A stretch of DNA of 47,800 bases from NCBI GenBank assembly GCA_051746405.1, contig JBNJFB010000014.1:1-47800 (forward strand). The letters run 5' to 3'. The translations under genes were made by a program, and so were the position numbers. This stretch comes from Campylobacterota bacterium (GTDB lineage: Bacteria > Campylobacterota > Campylobacteria > Campylobacterales > Arcobacteraceae). The notes under the pieces were generated by a model that worked only from the letters and a program-made list of their open reading frames with translations, was not told where the DNA came from and ran no database searches. This document shows, one piece after another, positions 19,570-30,700 of this stretch. Position 1 is the stretch's first letter. Every line of letters starts with the position of its first letter.

Positions 19570-20352
19570 TTATTTCCAATACTCTTCTATCCAAGGACAA
19601 GGTTTACAAACTTTATATAATTTCTTCCAAAATTGCCCATTTTTAATCTTCCATATACCTTTTACCGCTTCTTTTGGCTTAGGATCACCATGAAATGCAA
19701 TTACTTTAAGTCCTTTTATATTTGGAATTTTAGGCTCAAGGAAATGTCTTAAAGGACCAATTTTATGCAAACAATGAAATCTAAAGGAACAAAACCAGTT
19801 TTCAGGCCAAAAATTTAGTTTTCCATTTTTTTCTATAATTTTACTAGATAAATACTCTTGAGATGCTGTATAAAACTTATCAACAACCTCTTTTGGATTA
19901 TTTTCATAATATTTCTTTATATAACCTAATGTTCCAACAACCCAAGAGTAGCATGTAGCTTGACCAACACTATTATCTTTTGTATTCCAATCATTGATTA
20001 TATAAAATTCATCATTCTTAGGAAACTCAAAGAACTCATCTAAATTTGATATTATAACAACATCTAAATCAAAGAAGAATACTCGTTCTCCATTTAATCC
20101 ACCTAGAGTGTCATCACATAAACCAGCTTCTTTTCTATATGCATATTTTTCTTTATACTCATTTTTTGTATTTAACACAGGTAATGGTTTAACTATTATA
20201 TTCTCATTTAGTCCTTGTGAATTCTCTGTAAAACAATGAAACTTTATATCATAAGAAGTATTTCTTCTAATCATAGAATATAATTTATTAACATCTTCAC
20301 TAGAATATAAATTTCCCCATTTTATACAAATTATGTTAAATTCTTTCTGCAT
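19570..20352 (-). CDS. Putative GT-A glycosyltransferase
   Basis: ICIKWG..Y, FHCFTE, FFDLDVVI (DxD), FHGDPKP. Confidence 0.75.
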   Translation of the reverse strand: MQKEFNIICIKWGNLYSSEDVNKLYSMIRRNTSYDIKFHCFTENSQGLNENIIVKPLPVLNTKNEYKEKYAYRKEAGLCDDTLGGLNGERVFFFDLDVVIISNLDEFFEFPKNDEFYIINDWNTKDNSVGQATCYSWVVGTLGYIKKYYENNPKEVVDKFYTASQEYLSSKIIEKNGKLNFWPENWFCSFRFHCLHKIGPLRHFLEPKIPNIKGLKVIAFHGDPKPKEAVKGIWKIKNGQFWKKLYKVCKPCPWIEEYWK

Positions 20353-21606
20353 TTAGTCCTCTTTTAATTTTCTATAACTACTAATAATAATTAAAAATAT
20401 AAGTCCCAAATATGTGATAAACTGCCAATCACCCATAGTAAAATTTCTACCAAACTGAAATGGAGTGATACAATATAAAAAGCCAATTGATGCCAATAAA
20501 CCAATTTCATTACCTTTTATAAATTTATTATATATTTGAATAAGTATATAAATAAAAATTAATGTTCCTAATATTCCATAACTTAATACAATATCAATTC
20601 CAACACTATGTACATGAGTTGGAGTTATTTCAGACCATTTCTTCACATAATTTTCTGAATATTTAGATTTATCAATTTTTTCAAAATATTTTTTATAATA
20701 GAATCTATAATTATGTGACCCTATACCTAAAATTAGATTATCTTTAATAGCTTCATAACCAACATCAAATAATAGTAATCTACCCGATGTTGCTTTATTT
20801 GTTGTTGGATTTAAAAGATCACTATAAGCCTTATTAAGTTTTAAATTCAAAAATGATAAAGAAAATAAAATAGCACATAAAGAAAGTATCATAAATAAAT
20901 ATTTTTTCTTATTACTAAATAAACCAATAATTAATATTGATGTGAATAATGCAAGAATAGGACTTCTATTGCCTGCTAAAATAAAAAGTAATAATGAAAG
21001 AGAAAACACTATAATTGCTAGAATCTTTTTATTATCTTTAAAAATAAAGATTGAAGCTATTAATAATCCAAAAAATTGTCCCATCATCATACTAACAAGT
21101 GGAGAGTCTTGCCATGCTGTTATTCTCCTACCATTTCCATACATTTCCTGACCAAAAAAATCTACTCCAACTAAATATTGATATAATGAATCAATAAATA
21201 AGAACATTAATATAAAATAAGAAACATATATCATGTTTCTAACTTTCTTTTTACTATTAAAGTTATATATTGCTGCAAAAACTAAAATAATATATAGTAT
21301 TGTTTCAAATGATGACTTAAAAGTATAATAGTTATAATCTAAAAGAAGAGACTGTAGTAATATATAAAGAACAAATACAAAAAAAGATAAAATTAATTTT
21401 TTATATTTATCATAGTACTCTTTTATTATAGTTTTATTAACATCTTTTGATATCTGATATAAAAATAATAGATCAATAATTAAAGTTATTGGTTTAAACA
21501 CTTTACCAACAAAATATAATAAAACTAATAAATAAAATAAAACTTGTATAGTAAATTCAATTTTTGAACTCGTACTGCCATCATTTTTAACTCCTACTAT
21601 ATTCAC
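20353..21606 (-). CDS. waaL: O-antigen ligase family membrane protein
   Basis: Multi-TM; GNRS, TSGR, GIG..NY, HVHS..IDI..YGILG; LPS context. Confidence 0.8.
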   Translation of the reverse strand: MNIVGVKNDGSTSSKIEFTIQVLFYLLVLLYFVGKVFKPITLIIDLLFLYQISKDVNKTIIKEYYDKYKKLILSFFVFVLYILLQSLLLDYNYYTFKSSFETILYIILVFAAIYNFNSKKKVRNMIYVSYFILMFLFIDSLYQYLVGVDFFGQEMYGNGRRITAWQDSPLVSMMMGQFFGLLIASIFIFKDNKKILAIIVFSLSLLLFILAGNRSPILALFTSILIIGLFSNKKKYLFMILSLCAILFSLSFLNLKLNKAYSDLLNPTTNKATSGRLLLFDVGYEAIKDNLILGIGSHNYRFYYKKYFEKIDKSKYSENYVKKWSEITPTHVHSVGIDIVLSYGILGTLIFIYILIQIYNKFIKGNEIGLLASIGFLYCITPFQFGRNFTMGDWQFITYLGLIFLIIISSYRKLKED

Positions 21607-21608
21607 TA

Positions 21609-22709
21609 TTAATTTCCCCTTACTTTATTATAAACCTCAATAGTCTTATCCAACATACTCTCCAATGAAAAACTATTTTTGATATATTCCAACCCATCAA
21701 ACTCTAACTCTTTTGCTTTTATTATTTTTTCACAAAGTTGCTTTTCATCACCTATTTCAAAGAAAAAGCCATTTTTATTCTCTTTGATTATATCTTTTAC
21801 TCCACCATGATTTGTTGCAACCACTGGTGTATTTAAGGCAATTGCTTCTGCTACTGCTCTTCCAAAGCTTTCTGGTTTCTTTGAGCTACTCACTACCACA
21901 TCACTTATACTATAAATCTCAGCTATTTTACTTTGACTTCCTGTAAACTCCACTTCATTTTGTAACTCTAAAGTTGAGATGAGTTTTTTTAGTGAGTTAT
22001 AATACTCTTTTTTATCATCTCTAACACCGCCTACTATTATAGCTTTGACATTGGGAATAGATTTCTTTACTTCTAAAATAGCTTTTATAAAAGTTTCATA
22101 ATCTTTTAGTTGAGTTACTCTACCTACTATTGAGACTACAAACCTATCTTTTAAGTGAAACTCATCTTTAAACTTTTTAATAAAACTATTATCGATACTG
22201 TTTTCATTAAAAAGTCTAGTATCTATTCCCCTTGGTATTACTGTTATTATATTATCATTTGTTTTATAGTTTGCTTGTATATACTCTTTTATTGAGTTAC
22301 TTACACATATTACATGGTCTGCTTTTGTCATTATTTTACTATAAAAACCAATACTATTAAACCCATGTACAGTAGTAACAAATGGAATTTTTAAACTTTT
22401 ATTAGCAAAATAAACCAACCACGCAGGAACTCTACTTCTTACATGAACAATATCAGGATTTAGTTCTTTTAAAATTTTTCTTAGTTTTATCACTCTAAGA
22501 GGTACTGTTAAGATATTTTTACTACATACATCAAAAGTCATATGTTTACCATCATCTTTTTCTATTTGAGATACTAGTTTCCCACCATTGCTTATTACTA
22601 TAGACTCTATGTCTCTTTTTATATATTCTCTACTTAACTCAACAGTTCCTCGCTCTACTCCACCTTCATTTAGTTCAGGTAAGACTTGTACTACTTTTAA
22701 CTTTTTGAT
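21609..22709 (-). CDS. Glycosyltransferase family 4; true frame extends 56 codons upstream of the ORF-track ATG
   Basis: The open frame continues to ATC AAA AAG TTA AAA GTA GTA CAA GTC TTA CCT GAA (IKKLKVVQVLPELNEGGVERG); ESFGRAVAE motif intact; no ATG/GTG/TTG upstream of this N-terminal motif. Confidence 0.82.
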   Translation of the reverse strand: MKKLKVVQVLPELNEGGVERGTVELSREYIKRDIESIVISNGGKLVSQIEKDDGKHMTFDVCSKNILTVPLRVIKLRKILKELNPDIVHVRSRVPAWLVYFANKSLKIPFVTTVHGFNSIGFYSKIMTKADHVICVSNSIKEYIQANYKTNDNIITVIPRGIDTRLFNENSIDNSFIKKFKDEFHLKDRFVVSIVGRVTQLKDYETFIKAILEVKKSIPNVKAIIVGGVRDDKKEYYNSLKKLISTLELQNEVEFTGSQSKIAEIYSISDVVVSSSKKPESFGRAVAEAIALNTPVVATNHGGVKDIIKENKNGFFFEIGDEKQLCEKIIKAKELEFDGLEYIKNSFSLESMLDKTIEVYNKVRGN

Positions 22710-22710
22710 T

Positions 22711-23586
22711 TTATATTTCCACTCTTTCTAAAAGCTTTTTAAAATCAACTTGTCCATCAAGTTTTGATAGATTTTTTACTAGTCTGTGATATTTGGTATT
22801 CTCTTTTTTGGATTTTAGTTTTATTATATTTATCTTAGCATCTGTATTTGCTCTTGCTTCACTTAGCATTGTAGTTGAATCTTCTGTGATATAAAGCTCA
22901 TCACAAACATTTATAAAATCATGTATTGGATTAACTTCTGGTTGCCTTGAGTAAATCAGTTTATAGTCAAACTCATACTCATCTATTAGTTCATCCACTT
23001 CAAAAGGTGTTCGAGGACTTGTTGTAATATACTTTAGACTATCTTTGTTTAAATCAAAAATCTTATTTATCTCTTCTTTTATATCTTCTATATCTAGGGT
23101 GAAAACTTTATTATTTCCACCTATTATTATTCCTATTGCTTTTTTCTTTTCATCTTTTTTTAAAATATTTTTTGGTTTTAAATATGATAGGTTTAATGGT
23201 ACTTTTATGATATTATTCAAATCAGCTGCTTTATCATGCTCTTGGGCAATGATAAAATCAAAATCAATATATTTATAACCTTTTGGAAGCATTAAGGCTA
23301 TTGACTTTTTATTCTCTTTTTTTGAAATAAACTTATTAAAGTAGTATGTTCCAGAGCCTGTACTTACAACAGCATCATAAAATTCATAGTAAAACTTCTT
23401 ATAATCTTCAAACAACTCATCAGTGTAGTAGTTTATTCTATCAAAGAAGTAAGACATAAGTTTGTGGATTTTTGATTTAAATCTTACTTCTACTATGTCA
23501 TAACTTATGCCTTTTATTTTACAAAAGGCTATTGACTGATTTAAATGTCCTGGTTTTCCATCACTTATTATTAGTATTCTTTTCAT
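22711..23586 (-). CDS. ELM1/GtrOC1-like nucleotide-sugar-binding protein
   Basis: SDGKPGHLNQS, IIGG, TTSPRTP, ITEDSTTMLSEA. Confidence 0.82.
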   Translation of the reverse strand: MKRILIISDGKPGHLNQSIAFCKIKGISYDIVEVRFKSKIHKLMSYFFDRINYYTDELFEDYKKFYYEFYDAVVSTGSGTYYFNKFISKKENKKSIALMLPKGYKYIDFDFIIAQEHDKAADLNNIIKVPLNLSYLKPKNILKKDEKKKAIGIIIGGNNKVFTLDIEDIKEEINKIFDLNKDSLKYITTSPRTPFEVDELIDEYEFDYKLIYSRQPEVNPIHDFINVCDELYITEDSTTMLSEARANTDAKINIIKLKSKKENTKYHRLVKNLSKLDGQVDFKKLLERVEI

Positions 23587-24469
23587 ATATCTCTCTGTAG
23601 TGGCTTTTAAATCTTTTGTGTGGCCAAAACCACTGTTTTTTATCAGTAAGTATTATATCAGATATTGCGTTTGCATGCAACTGTGAAAGCTGCTTTAAAT
23701 CTTTTTGTTCATCACTTGTTTTTATTGGTTTTATTGGTTCATATATTTTTATCTTATATTTATAGTTTTCTTTGTTAAAAATAGCAACTGGAACAACTTT
23801 TGCACCAAATTTTCTTGATAGCAGTGCTGCTGTGCTTGCTTGATTTGCTTTTTTCCCTAAAAACTCAACTTCAGTACCTGCTTTTGAGTTAATATTTTGG
23901 TCAATTATTAGTGATACTACTTCTTTTTTCATCAAAGCTTTTACAAGTTTTTTTACTGCTCCATCTCTAAAAACTATTTTTGAACCCGATTTTTCTCTAG
24001 CTTTTACTATAAAGTCATCCATTTGTTTAAAGTTTGATTTTCTAGCTACTTGGTAGATATTTGTAACAAATCTATTTAAATAAGAGCTTAATATCTCCAT
24101 ATTTCCATAGTGTGCTGAAATAAGTATAATTGGTTCATTATTTTGCTTTAACTCTGTTAGTATCTCTTCACCCTCAATATCTACACTTTTTTTAAGCTCA
24201 TCATCACTCATATCAAAGCTCTCTATTAAAGATAAAGCCCATAAAGTCATATTAAAATAAGAGTATTTTTTTATCTGTTCAATCTCATTTTTTGGTAGTT
24301 TATTATCAAAGACTAGTTTTAAATTTGCTTGGATTATTCTATTTGTTTTAAAAGCAAACTTATATGCTAAATAAGCAACAATTTTAAAAAATGCTCTTCT
24401 TATTTTTTTAGGAAGTTTTCTTTGAATAGATACAAAACCAAGAAATATATAGTAAATAATCTTAGACAT
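23561..24469 (-). CDS. htrB: Lipid A lauroyl/late acyltransferase
   Basis: SAHYGNME, IIDQN, FLGK, QWFWPHKRFK. Confidence 0.9.
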   Translation of the reverse strand: MSKIIYYIFLGFVSIQRKLPKKIRRAFFKIVAYLAYKFAFKTNRIIQANLKLVFDNKLPKNEIEQIKKYSYFNMTLWALSLIESFDMSDDELKKSVDIEGEEILTELKQNNEPIILISAHYGNMEILSSYLNRFVTNIYQVARKSNFKQMDDFIVKAREKSGSKIVFRDGAVKKLVKALMKKEVVSLIIDQNINSKAGTEVEFLGKKANQASTAALLSRKFGAKVVPVAIFNKENYKYKIKIYEPIKPIKTSDEQKDLKQLSQLHANAISDIILTDKKQWFWPHKRFKSHYREIYEKNTNNK

Positions 24470-25938
24470 TAAATCAACTCTATTTGAATTTTCTTAGGTA
24501 GTTCTAGTTTCTCAATATTTGATTCTATAAAAAAGCTTCTATTTTCAAGTTTTATTTTCAAGGTGTTTCCTTGAAGTATATACTCAACATTTGGTCTTGA
24601 TAAGTCTTCATTAATAGAGATATTTAATGAAATCATAAAAGACATCCATTTCATATCACTTGGCTTTGGAAGTAGTTGTTGATATAGGGCTAAATCTTTT
24701 TTTGTTGGCAGTGATTTTTTAGAAAACTTAATTGTATGAGCTATAATAACTCTTGAAGTATGTAAAAAGTCATAATTTAAACCATTTAAAATAAAATCAA
24801 AAGCATTATCATTTGATTTATAAAAGTTCAAAGTATTACCGATACTATGAAGCTTAGAAGAAAGAATCAAAAGTCCTCTTAGTCTATCATCCATATTATG
24901 TATTGGTTTTAAAACATCAAAAATCTTTCCAGCATTATTCCCAAAATAGGCACTTTGTTTCCTATCTGTTTCAAATCTATCCAAAAGACTTCTAACACTT
25001 ACATTAAAGTTTGATGGAAATTTATAGTTACTGTTTCGTAGCAAATCAGTTAGATAAACACCCTCTCTAACCCCTGCACCTGATGTTATAACTCTTTGAG
25101 TATTAAGCTCTTCTAAGATAGTTTTAAATATAAATGTACCCTCTTTTATAGTATCAAACCTATCTTTTTTTATACCTATCTTTTTTAACTCTTTAACACT
25201 ATTTGTTTTTACTATTTTATCAAAAGTTTTTAATTCATTTTCCACTTTGTATTTAAATCCATGGATAATATCCAAAGGGTAACTATTTTTTTTCATTACC
25301 ACTTTAGATAGTGCTCTTATACTTCCTCCAATACCAACAACAGTATTAGGGATATCAACTCCCAAATTAAAAAGCTCTTTTAAACTATCTAAAATATATT
25401 TTCTTGCACTTTTTATATCATTTCTACTAAAGAAAAGCTCTTTTATTCTAACAGTTCCTATATTTAAAGAGATAGATTTTAATATTTCACCATTTTTAAC
25501 AAAAGCAAACTCTGTTGAGCCACCACCAATATCAACAGTAATAAAACTATCTTCATGAATTAAATTAGCAGCAGCAACCCCTCCATAAAAAGCCTCTTTT
25601 TCGCCATTTATTACTTTGATATTTAGGTTCAACTCATTTTTTACTTTTGCTAAAAAAAGTTTTGCATTTGGTGCATCTCTTAATGCAGAGGTTGCTACAC
25701 ATATTGTTTTTCTTGATTTAAGTGATTTTGATATATTTAAAAAAGATTTTAAAGATTCAAAGGCTCTTTGCATTGGCAGTTCTTGAAGGTTGCCACTGTT
25801 TTCATAGCACCCTTCTGAAATCTTTACTCTACTTTTAGTTTCATTAACTAAATTAAAAGCATATCGGCTACTTTTTTCAAGTACAACCATACGCATTGAG
25901 TTTGAACCAATATCTATTATAGTTGTTACCTTAGCCAT
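24469..25938 (-). CDS. ppx: Ppx/GppA family exopolyphosphatase
   Basis: IDIGSNSMR, ATSALRDAPN, DIGGGSTE, GVREG. Confidence 0.93.
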   Translation of the reverse strand: MAKVTTIIDIGSNSMRMVVLEKSSRYAFNLVNETKSRVKISEGCYENSGNLQELPMQRAFESLKSFLNISKSLKSRKTICVATSALRDAPNAKLFLAKVKNELNLNIKVINGEKEAFYGGVAAANLIHEDSFITVDIGGGSTEFAFVKNGEILKSISLNIGTVRIKELFFSRNDIKSARKYILDSLKELFNLGVDIPNTVVGIGGSIRALSKVVMKKNSYPLDIIHGFKYKVENELKTFDKIVKTNSVKELKKIGIKKDRFDTIKEGTFIFKTILEELNTQRVITSGAGVREGVYLTDLLRNSNYKFPSNFNVSVRSLLDRFETDRKQSAYFGNNAGKIFDVLKPIHNMDDRLRGLLILSSKLHSIGNTLNFYKSNDNAFDFILNGLNYDFLHTSRVIIAHTIKFSKKSLPTKKDLALYQQLLPKPSDMKWMSFMISLNISINEDLSRPNVEYILQGNTLKIKLENRSFFIESNIEKLELPKKIQIELI

Positions 25939-26192
25939 TAAGCTTCTTCTTGTGCGATTTGTTCATACTTAAATTGAAGCTCTTCCATTGTTTCTTGATT
26001 ATCTGTATCCACTACAATACAATCAACTGGACAAACCTCAATACATGAAGGCTCTTCAAAGTATCCTACACACTCTGTACATCTATCTGGGTCAATAATA
26101 TATATTGGATCCCCTTCTTCTATCGCGTAATTTGGACACTCATCTCTACATGCATCGCAAGCGATACACTCATCTGTAATTTTTAAAGACAT
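25938..26192 (-). CDS. YfhL-type 2x[4Fe-4S] ferredoxin
   Basis: CIACDACRDECP and CTECVG...CIEVCP; the ATG at 26192 (MSLKIT) is preferred over the TTG at 26204. Confidence 0.92.
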   Translation of the reverse strand: MSLKITDECIACDACRDECPNYAIEEGDPIYIIDPDRCTECVGYFEEPSCIEVCPVDCIVVDTDNQETMEELQFKYEQIAQEEA

Positions 26193-26304
26193 ATAATACA
26201 CCAATCCCTAGTTTAAAAATATTATTATGGATTTATAACCTAATATTCTTTAATAATTTCTTATAGTTTGAGTTTTTTTTATATGTTATGACTAAGTTAA
26301 GTTG

Positions 26305-26331
26305 AAACTAAACCTAAAAAAGGTTTAGTTT
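26305..26331 (-). terminator. Hairpin after gltD, probable terminator
   Basis: AAACTAAACCT-AAAAA-AGGTTTAGTTT, perfect 11-bp stem. Confidence 0.65.
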
Positions 26332-26335
26332 TTAG

Positions 26336-27709
26336 TTATGAAAGTTTATCAATAATAAGTTTGGCAGCTTCTCTACCATCAGCAGCAGCTGTTACAGCAA
26401 GGTGTGCACCTCTTTGACAGTCACCACCTACAAACACTTTTTCATTGCTTGTTTGATAGTTTGTAGCTTCAATACCGCCCCATGAATTAGTTTCTACATT
26501 TAAATCTTGTAAAAACTTTGGTGCTTCAGGAGAGAATCCAAGAGCCATGATAATCACTTCGGCTTCTTGCATAAATTCACTTCCTTCATTTATTACTACT
26601 TTTTGTCTTCCTGTTTCATCAGGTTCGCTCATTGAAGTTTTAAGTAATTCAATTGCAGTTGCTTTTTTACCATCTACTTTAATAGATTTAGGAGATACAT
26701 TAAACATATACTCTACTCCCTCTTCTTTAGCATTTACAACCTCTTTTTTACTTCCTGGCATATTAGCTTCATCTCTTCTATATAGACATCTAACAGACTT
26801 TGCTTTTTCTCTCACTGAAGTTCTTACACAGTCCATAGCAGTATCACCACCACCAATCACAACTACATTTTTATCTTCTACATTTATGTATGATGTATTT
26901 GTTCCAAGATTTCTTTTTTGAATACCTGTTAGAAAATCCATTGCTAAGTGAACATTTGATGCAGCCTCTTCACCCTCAATTCCTGCAAATCTTCCAGCTT
27001 TAGCTCCAATTCCTAAGAAAATTGCATCAAACTGTTCATCTAGTTCTTTAGCTGGTTTATCTTTCCCAATTTCACAGTTTAAGTGAAGTTTCATTCCTGC
27101 TTCTAATAGCCAGTTTATTCTTCTTTCTACGGTGCTTTTATCAAGTTTAAAGCCAGGGATTCCATACATAAGTAATCCCCCTGCTCTATCTTCTCTTTCA
27201 AACATTTCTACGTTAAAACCTCTTCTTAATAAAAATGTAGCAGCTGAAATACCAGCTGGTCCTGAACCAATTATTGCTACTTTTTTATCATTTTTAGTGT
27301 TTGCAAACTTTGGTTTCATACCTTTTTGAAATGCTTGCTCACTAATATGAGTTTCAATAGCTCCAATAGAAATAGCACCATGACCTGTATTTAAAGAACA
27401 CTCACCCTCACATAATACATCTTGCGGACAAATTCTACCTAAAATCTCAGGGAAAGGAGATGTTTCATTTGATAGTGCAAATGCAAAATCTAAGTTTTTA
27501 GTTGCTGTTTGTTTAAGCCATGCTGGAATATAGTTACCAAGTGGACAGCCTGTATGACAGTATGGGTCACCACACTGCATACATCTATCTGCTTGTTCTC
27601 TAGCTCTGTGCTTACCAAATACTTCATAAACTTCATTAAAGTCTTTTAATCTTTGAAGTACATCCCTTTTTTCAGGGTTAATTCTTTCAAACTTAGTAAA
27701 ATTAATCAT
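26336..27709 (-). CDS. gltD: Glutamate synthase small subunit
   Basis: RCMQCGDPYC..GCP, GRICPQ..CEGEC, IGSGPAG, GGGDTAMDC. Confidence 0.97.
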   Translation of the reverse strand: MINFTKFERINPEKRDVLQRLKDFNEVYEVFGKHRAREQADRCMQCGDPYCHTGCPLGNYIPAWLKQTATKNLDFAFALSNETSPFPEILGRICPQDVLCEGECSLNTGHGAISIGAIETHISEQAFQKGMKPKFANTKNDKKVAIIGSGPAGISAATFLLRRGFNVEMFEREDRAGGLLMYGIPGFKLDKSTVERRINWLLEAGMKLHLNCEIGKDKPAKELDEQFDAIFLGIGAKAGRFAGIEGEEAASNVHLAMDFLTGIQKRNLGTNTSYINVEDKNVVVIGGGDTAMDCVRTSVREKAKSVRCLYRRDEANMPGSKKEVVNAKEEGVEYMFNVSPKSIKVDGKKATAIELLKTSMSEPDETGRQKVVINEGSEFMQEAEVIIMALGFSPEAPKFLQDLNVETNSWGGIEATNYQTSNEKVFVGGDCQRGAHLAVTAAADGREAAKLIIDKLS

Positions 27710-27712
27710 ATT

Positions 27713-30700
27713 TTAATCTCCCTCATCTGGATCTAATGGTAGAACAGTCATATTCTTAGGTTTCACCATCCAGAAGTTTCTTATTTCAGCTCTAAAATTC
27801 TCTAAAATATACTCAGCTAACTGGCTATCTGTTTCGTGGATATAATCAACTAATAATCTTTTTAGATATAGTCTTTCTCTCTCTGTATCATCTGTATCAA
27901 TTCTTACAGCTTCGATTAGTTCTTGATTTATCTTATCTACAAAAGTTTTTTGTGCATCATATACAAATGATATACCACCTGTCATACCAGCACCAAAGTT
28001 AAATCCAGTTTTACCTAGTATAACAACAATTCCACCTGTCATATATTCACAAGCGTTATCACCTGTTCCCTCAACTACTGAGATACAACCTGAGTTTCTA
28101 ACTGCAAATCTTTCACCAACACAAGCTCTTACATATAGCTTACCACCTGTTGCTCCATATAGACATGTATTACCAGCACCTGCGAACTCTTGTCCTTGAT
28201 GTGGAGGATTAATCATAATCTTTCCACCACTCATACCTTTACCAACATAATCGTTTGCAACACCATCTAAGTTTATATTTACTCCATTTGATAAAAATGC
28301 ACCAAAAGATTGACCTGCAATCCCTTTTAGATTTATATTTATAGAGTTTTGTGGTAGTCCTGTATCTCCATAATATCTTGCAATTTCACCTGAAATTAAA
28401 GCACCAAATGATCTATTTAAGTTAGATATTTGACTACTTACTTTCACAGGAGCATTTGGATTTTCAATTGTTTTATGAACTTTTTTTAGTAACTCTTTTT
28501 CATACTTATTATCATCAAATGGCTCATTTGAATCTTTTTGACAAGTATCAATACCATCAACTCTTCTAAGTATATTTTGAAAGTCAAACTTTTTAGCAAA
28601 CTTATCATCTATAACTTTTAATAAATCACTTCTACCTATAATCTCTTCAAGTGAGCTATAACCAAGCTTAGCTAGTATCTCTCTAATCTCTTGAGCTATA
28701 TATGTAAAGTAAGAGATTAATCTTTCAACCGTACCTTGGAAATGATCTCTTAGCTCTTCATCTTGAGTTGCAACCCCAACAGAACATTTATTTGTATGAC
28801 AAATTCTTAGGATTTTACACCCAAGAAGAGTTAGTGCAGCTGTACCAAATGCATAAGATTCAGCACCTAATAGTGCAGCTTTTACAACATCAAGTCCAGT
28901 TTTTAATCCACCATCAGTTTGTACATGTACAAAATCTCTTAATTGATTAGCTTTTAGTGCATTATGTGCTTCACTTAATCCCATTTCCCACGGATTACCT
29001 GTGTGCTTAATAGATGTTAATGGAGCAGCACCTGTACCACCATCTCCACCTGAGATAATAATCTTATCTGCATAAGCTTTTGCAACACCTGCTGCAATTG
29101 TTCCAACACCTATAGAAGATACTAACTTAACAGTAATTTTAGCTAGTGGATTGATTTGCTTTAAATCAAAAATCAACTGAGCTAAATCCTCAATAGAGTA
29201 AATATCATGGTGAGGTGGTGGTGAAATCAGTGTTACACCTGGAACTGTATGTCTAAGTGTAGCAATTAATGGTGTAACCTTATGTCCTGGTAACTGTCCA
29301 CCCTCACCTGGTTTTGCACCTTGTGCAACTTTGATTTGTAGCTCTTGGGCACTTCTTAAGTATCCAGGAGTTACACCAAATCTACCCGATGCAATCTGTT
29401 TGATTTTAGAGTTTTTTAAACTCTTAAATCTTTTTGGATCTTCTCCACCCTCACCTGAGTTAGAAGCACCGCCTATTGTATTCATAGCTTGTGCTAAAGC
29501 CTCATGAGCTTCAGGTGAAATAGAACCACATGACATAGCAGCAGTTGCAAACCTTTTAAAAATCTCTTCTTTTGGTTCAACTTCATCAATTGAAATTGAT
29601 TTTTTATCTGAATCAAACTCAAAGAAATCTCTAATAAACTTCTTATCTCTACTCTCAACCATTTTTTTCAAGCCATCAAAATCAGAAATATCTTCTTGTT
29701 TTGATGCACCTTTATTATGCATTGCTCTTGTTGTAGCTGGTCCATAGTCGTGGTATTCACCACCATTTATATACTTATAAAAACCACCTAAATCAAGTGG
29801 GAACATATAATTATCATCATGGTAAGCATTAAAATGAGATTTTTCTATTCTTTGTTCAATATCTTCATAGTCTAAACCTGCTAAGTCTGTATATGCATCT
29901 GGGAAACAGTCTTTGATAATATCATCACTTAATCCAATTACATCAAATAAAGCTGAGTTTCTATATGAAGCTACTGTTGAAATACCCATTTTTGACATGA
30001 TTTTTAGTAAACCTGCATTTAATGCTTTTTGAGTATTTTTAAGCAATCTTTGAATTTCATATCTTGTAGTATCTTTTTTCTCAAATAAAGATAATGCAGT
30101 TGCATACATCATATAAGGATATACAGCAGTTGCACCAAATCCTAACATAACAGCAGCCATATGTGGGTCATAAACCTCACCTGTTATTGGTATAATAGAT
30201 ACAGAGTGTCTTATCTTTTCATTTAAAAGTTTTCTGTTTATATACCCAACAGCCATTGCCATAGGAATTAGTTTGTTGTTTTCGCATATTTCTCTATCAT
30301 CTAAGATTACAACTGAAACATTTTCATTTTCAACAGCATCAACTACTTTGGATGCTAGATTCTCCAATGACTCTTTTAGATTAGTTTTAAAAGTTGTACT
30401 AAAAATTTTATTTTTATAATACTCATCATATCTTGGAGAGTTTTCATCACCAAATGAGTATAAAACATCAAACTTCTCTTTCATTAAAATAGGACTTGCT
30501 ACTTTTAATCTTTTTGCATATTCAGGTTTTTCATCTAAAATATTATGAATCTTACCAAAACCTGTTTCTAAAGACATTACAACTTTTTCTCTATATGGGT
30601 CAATTGGTGGGTTTGTAACTTGTGCAAACTTTTGTTTAAAAAAGTCTGTAAAGTTTCTATTTGCCTTTGAAAAACATGCAAGTGGTGTATCATCACCCAT

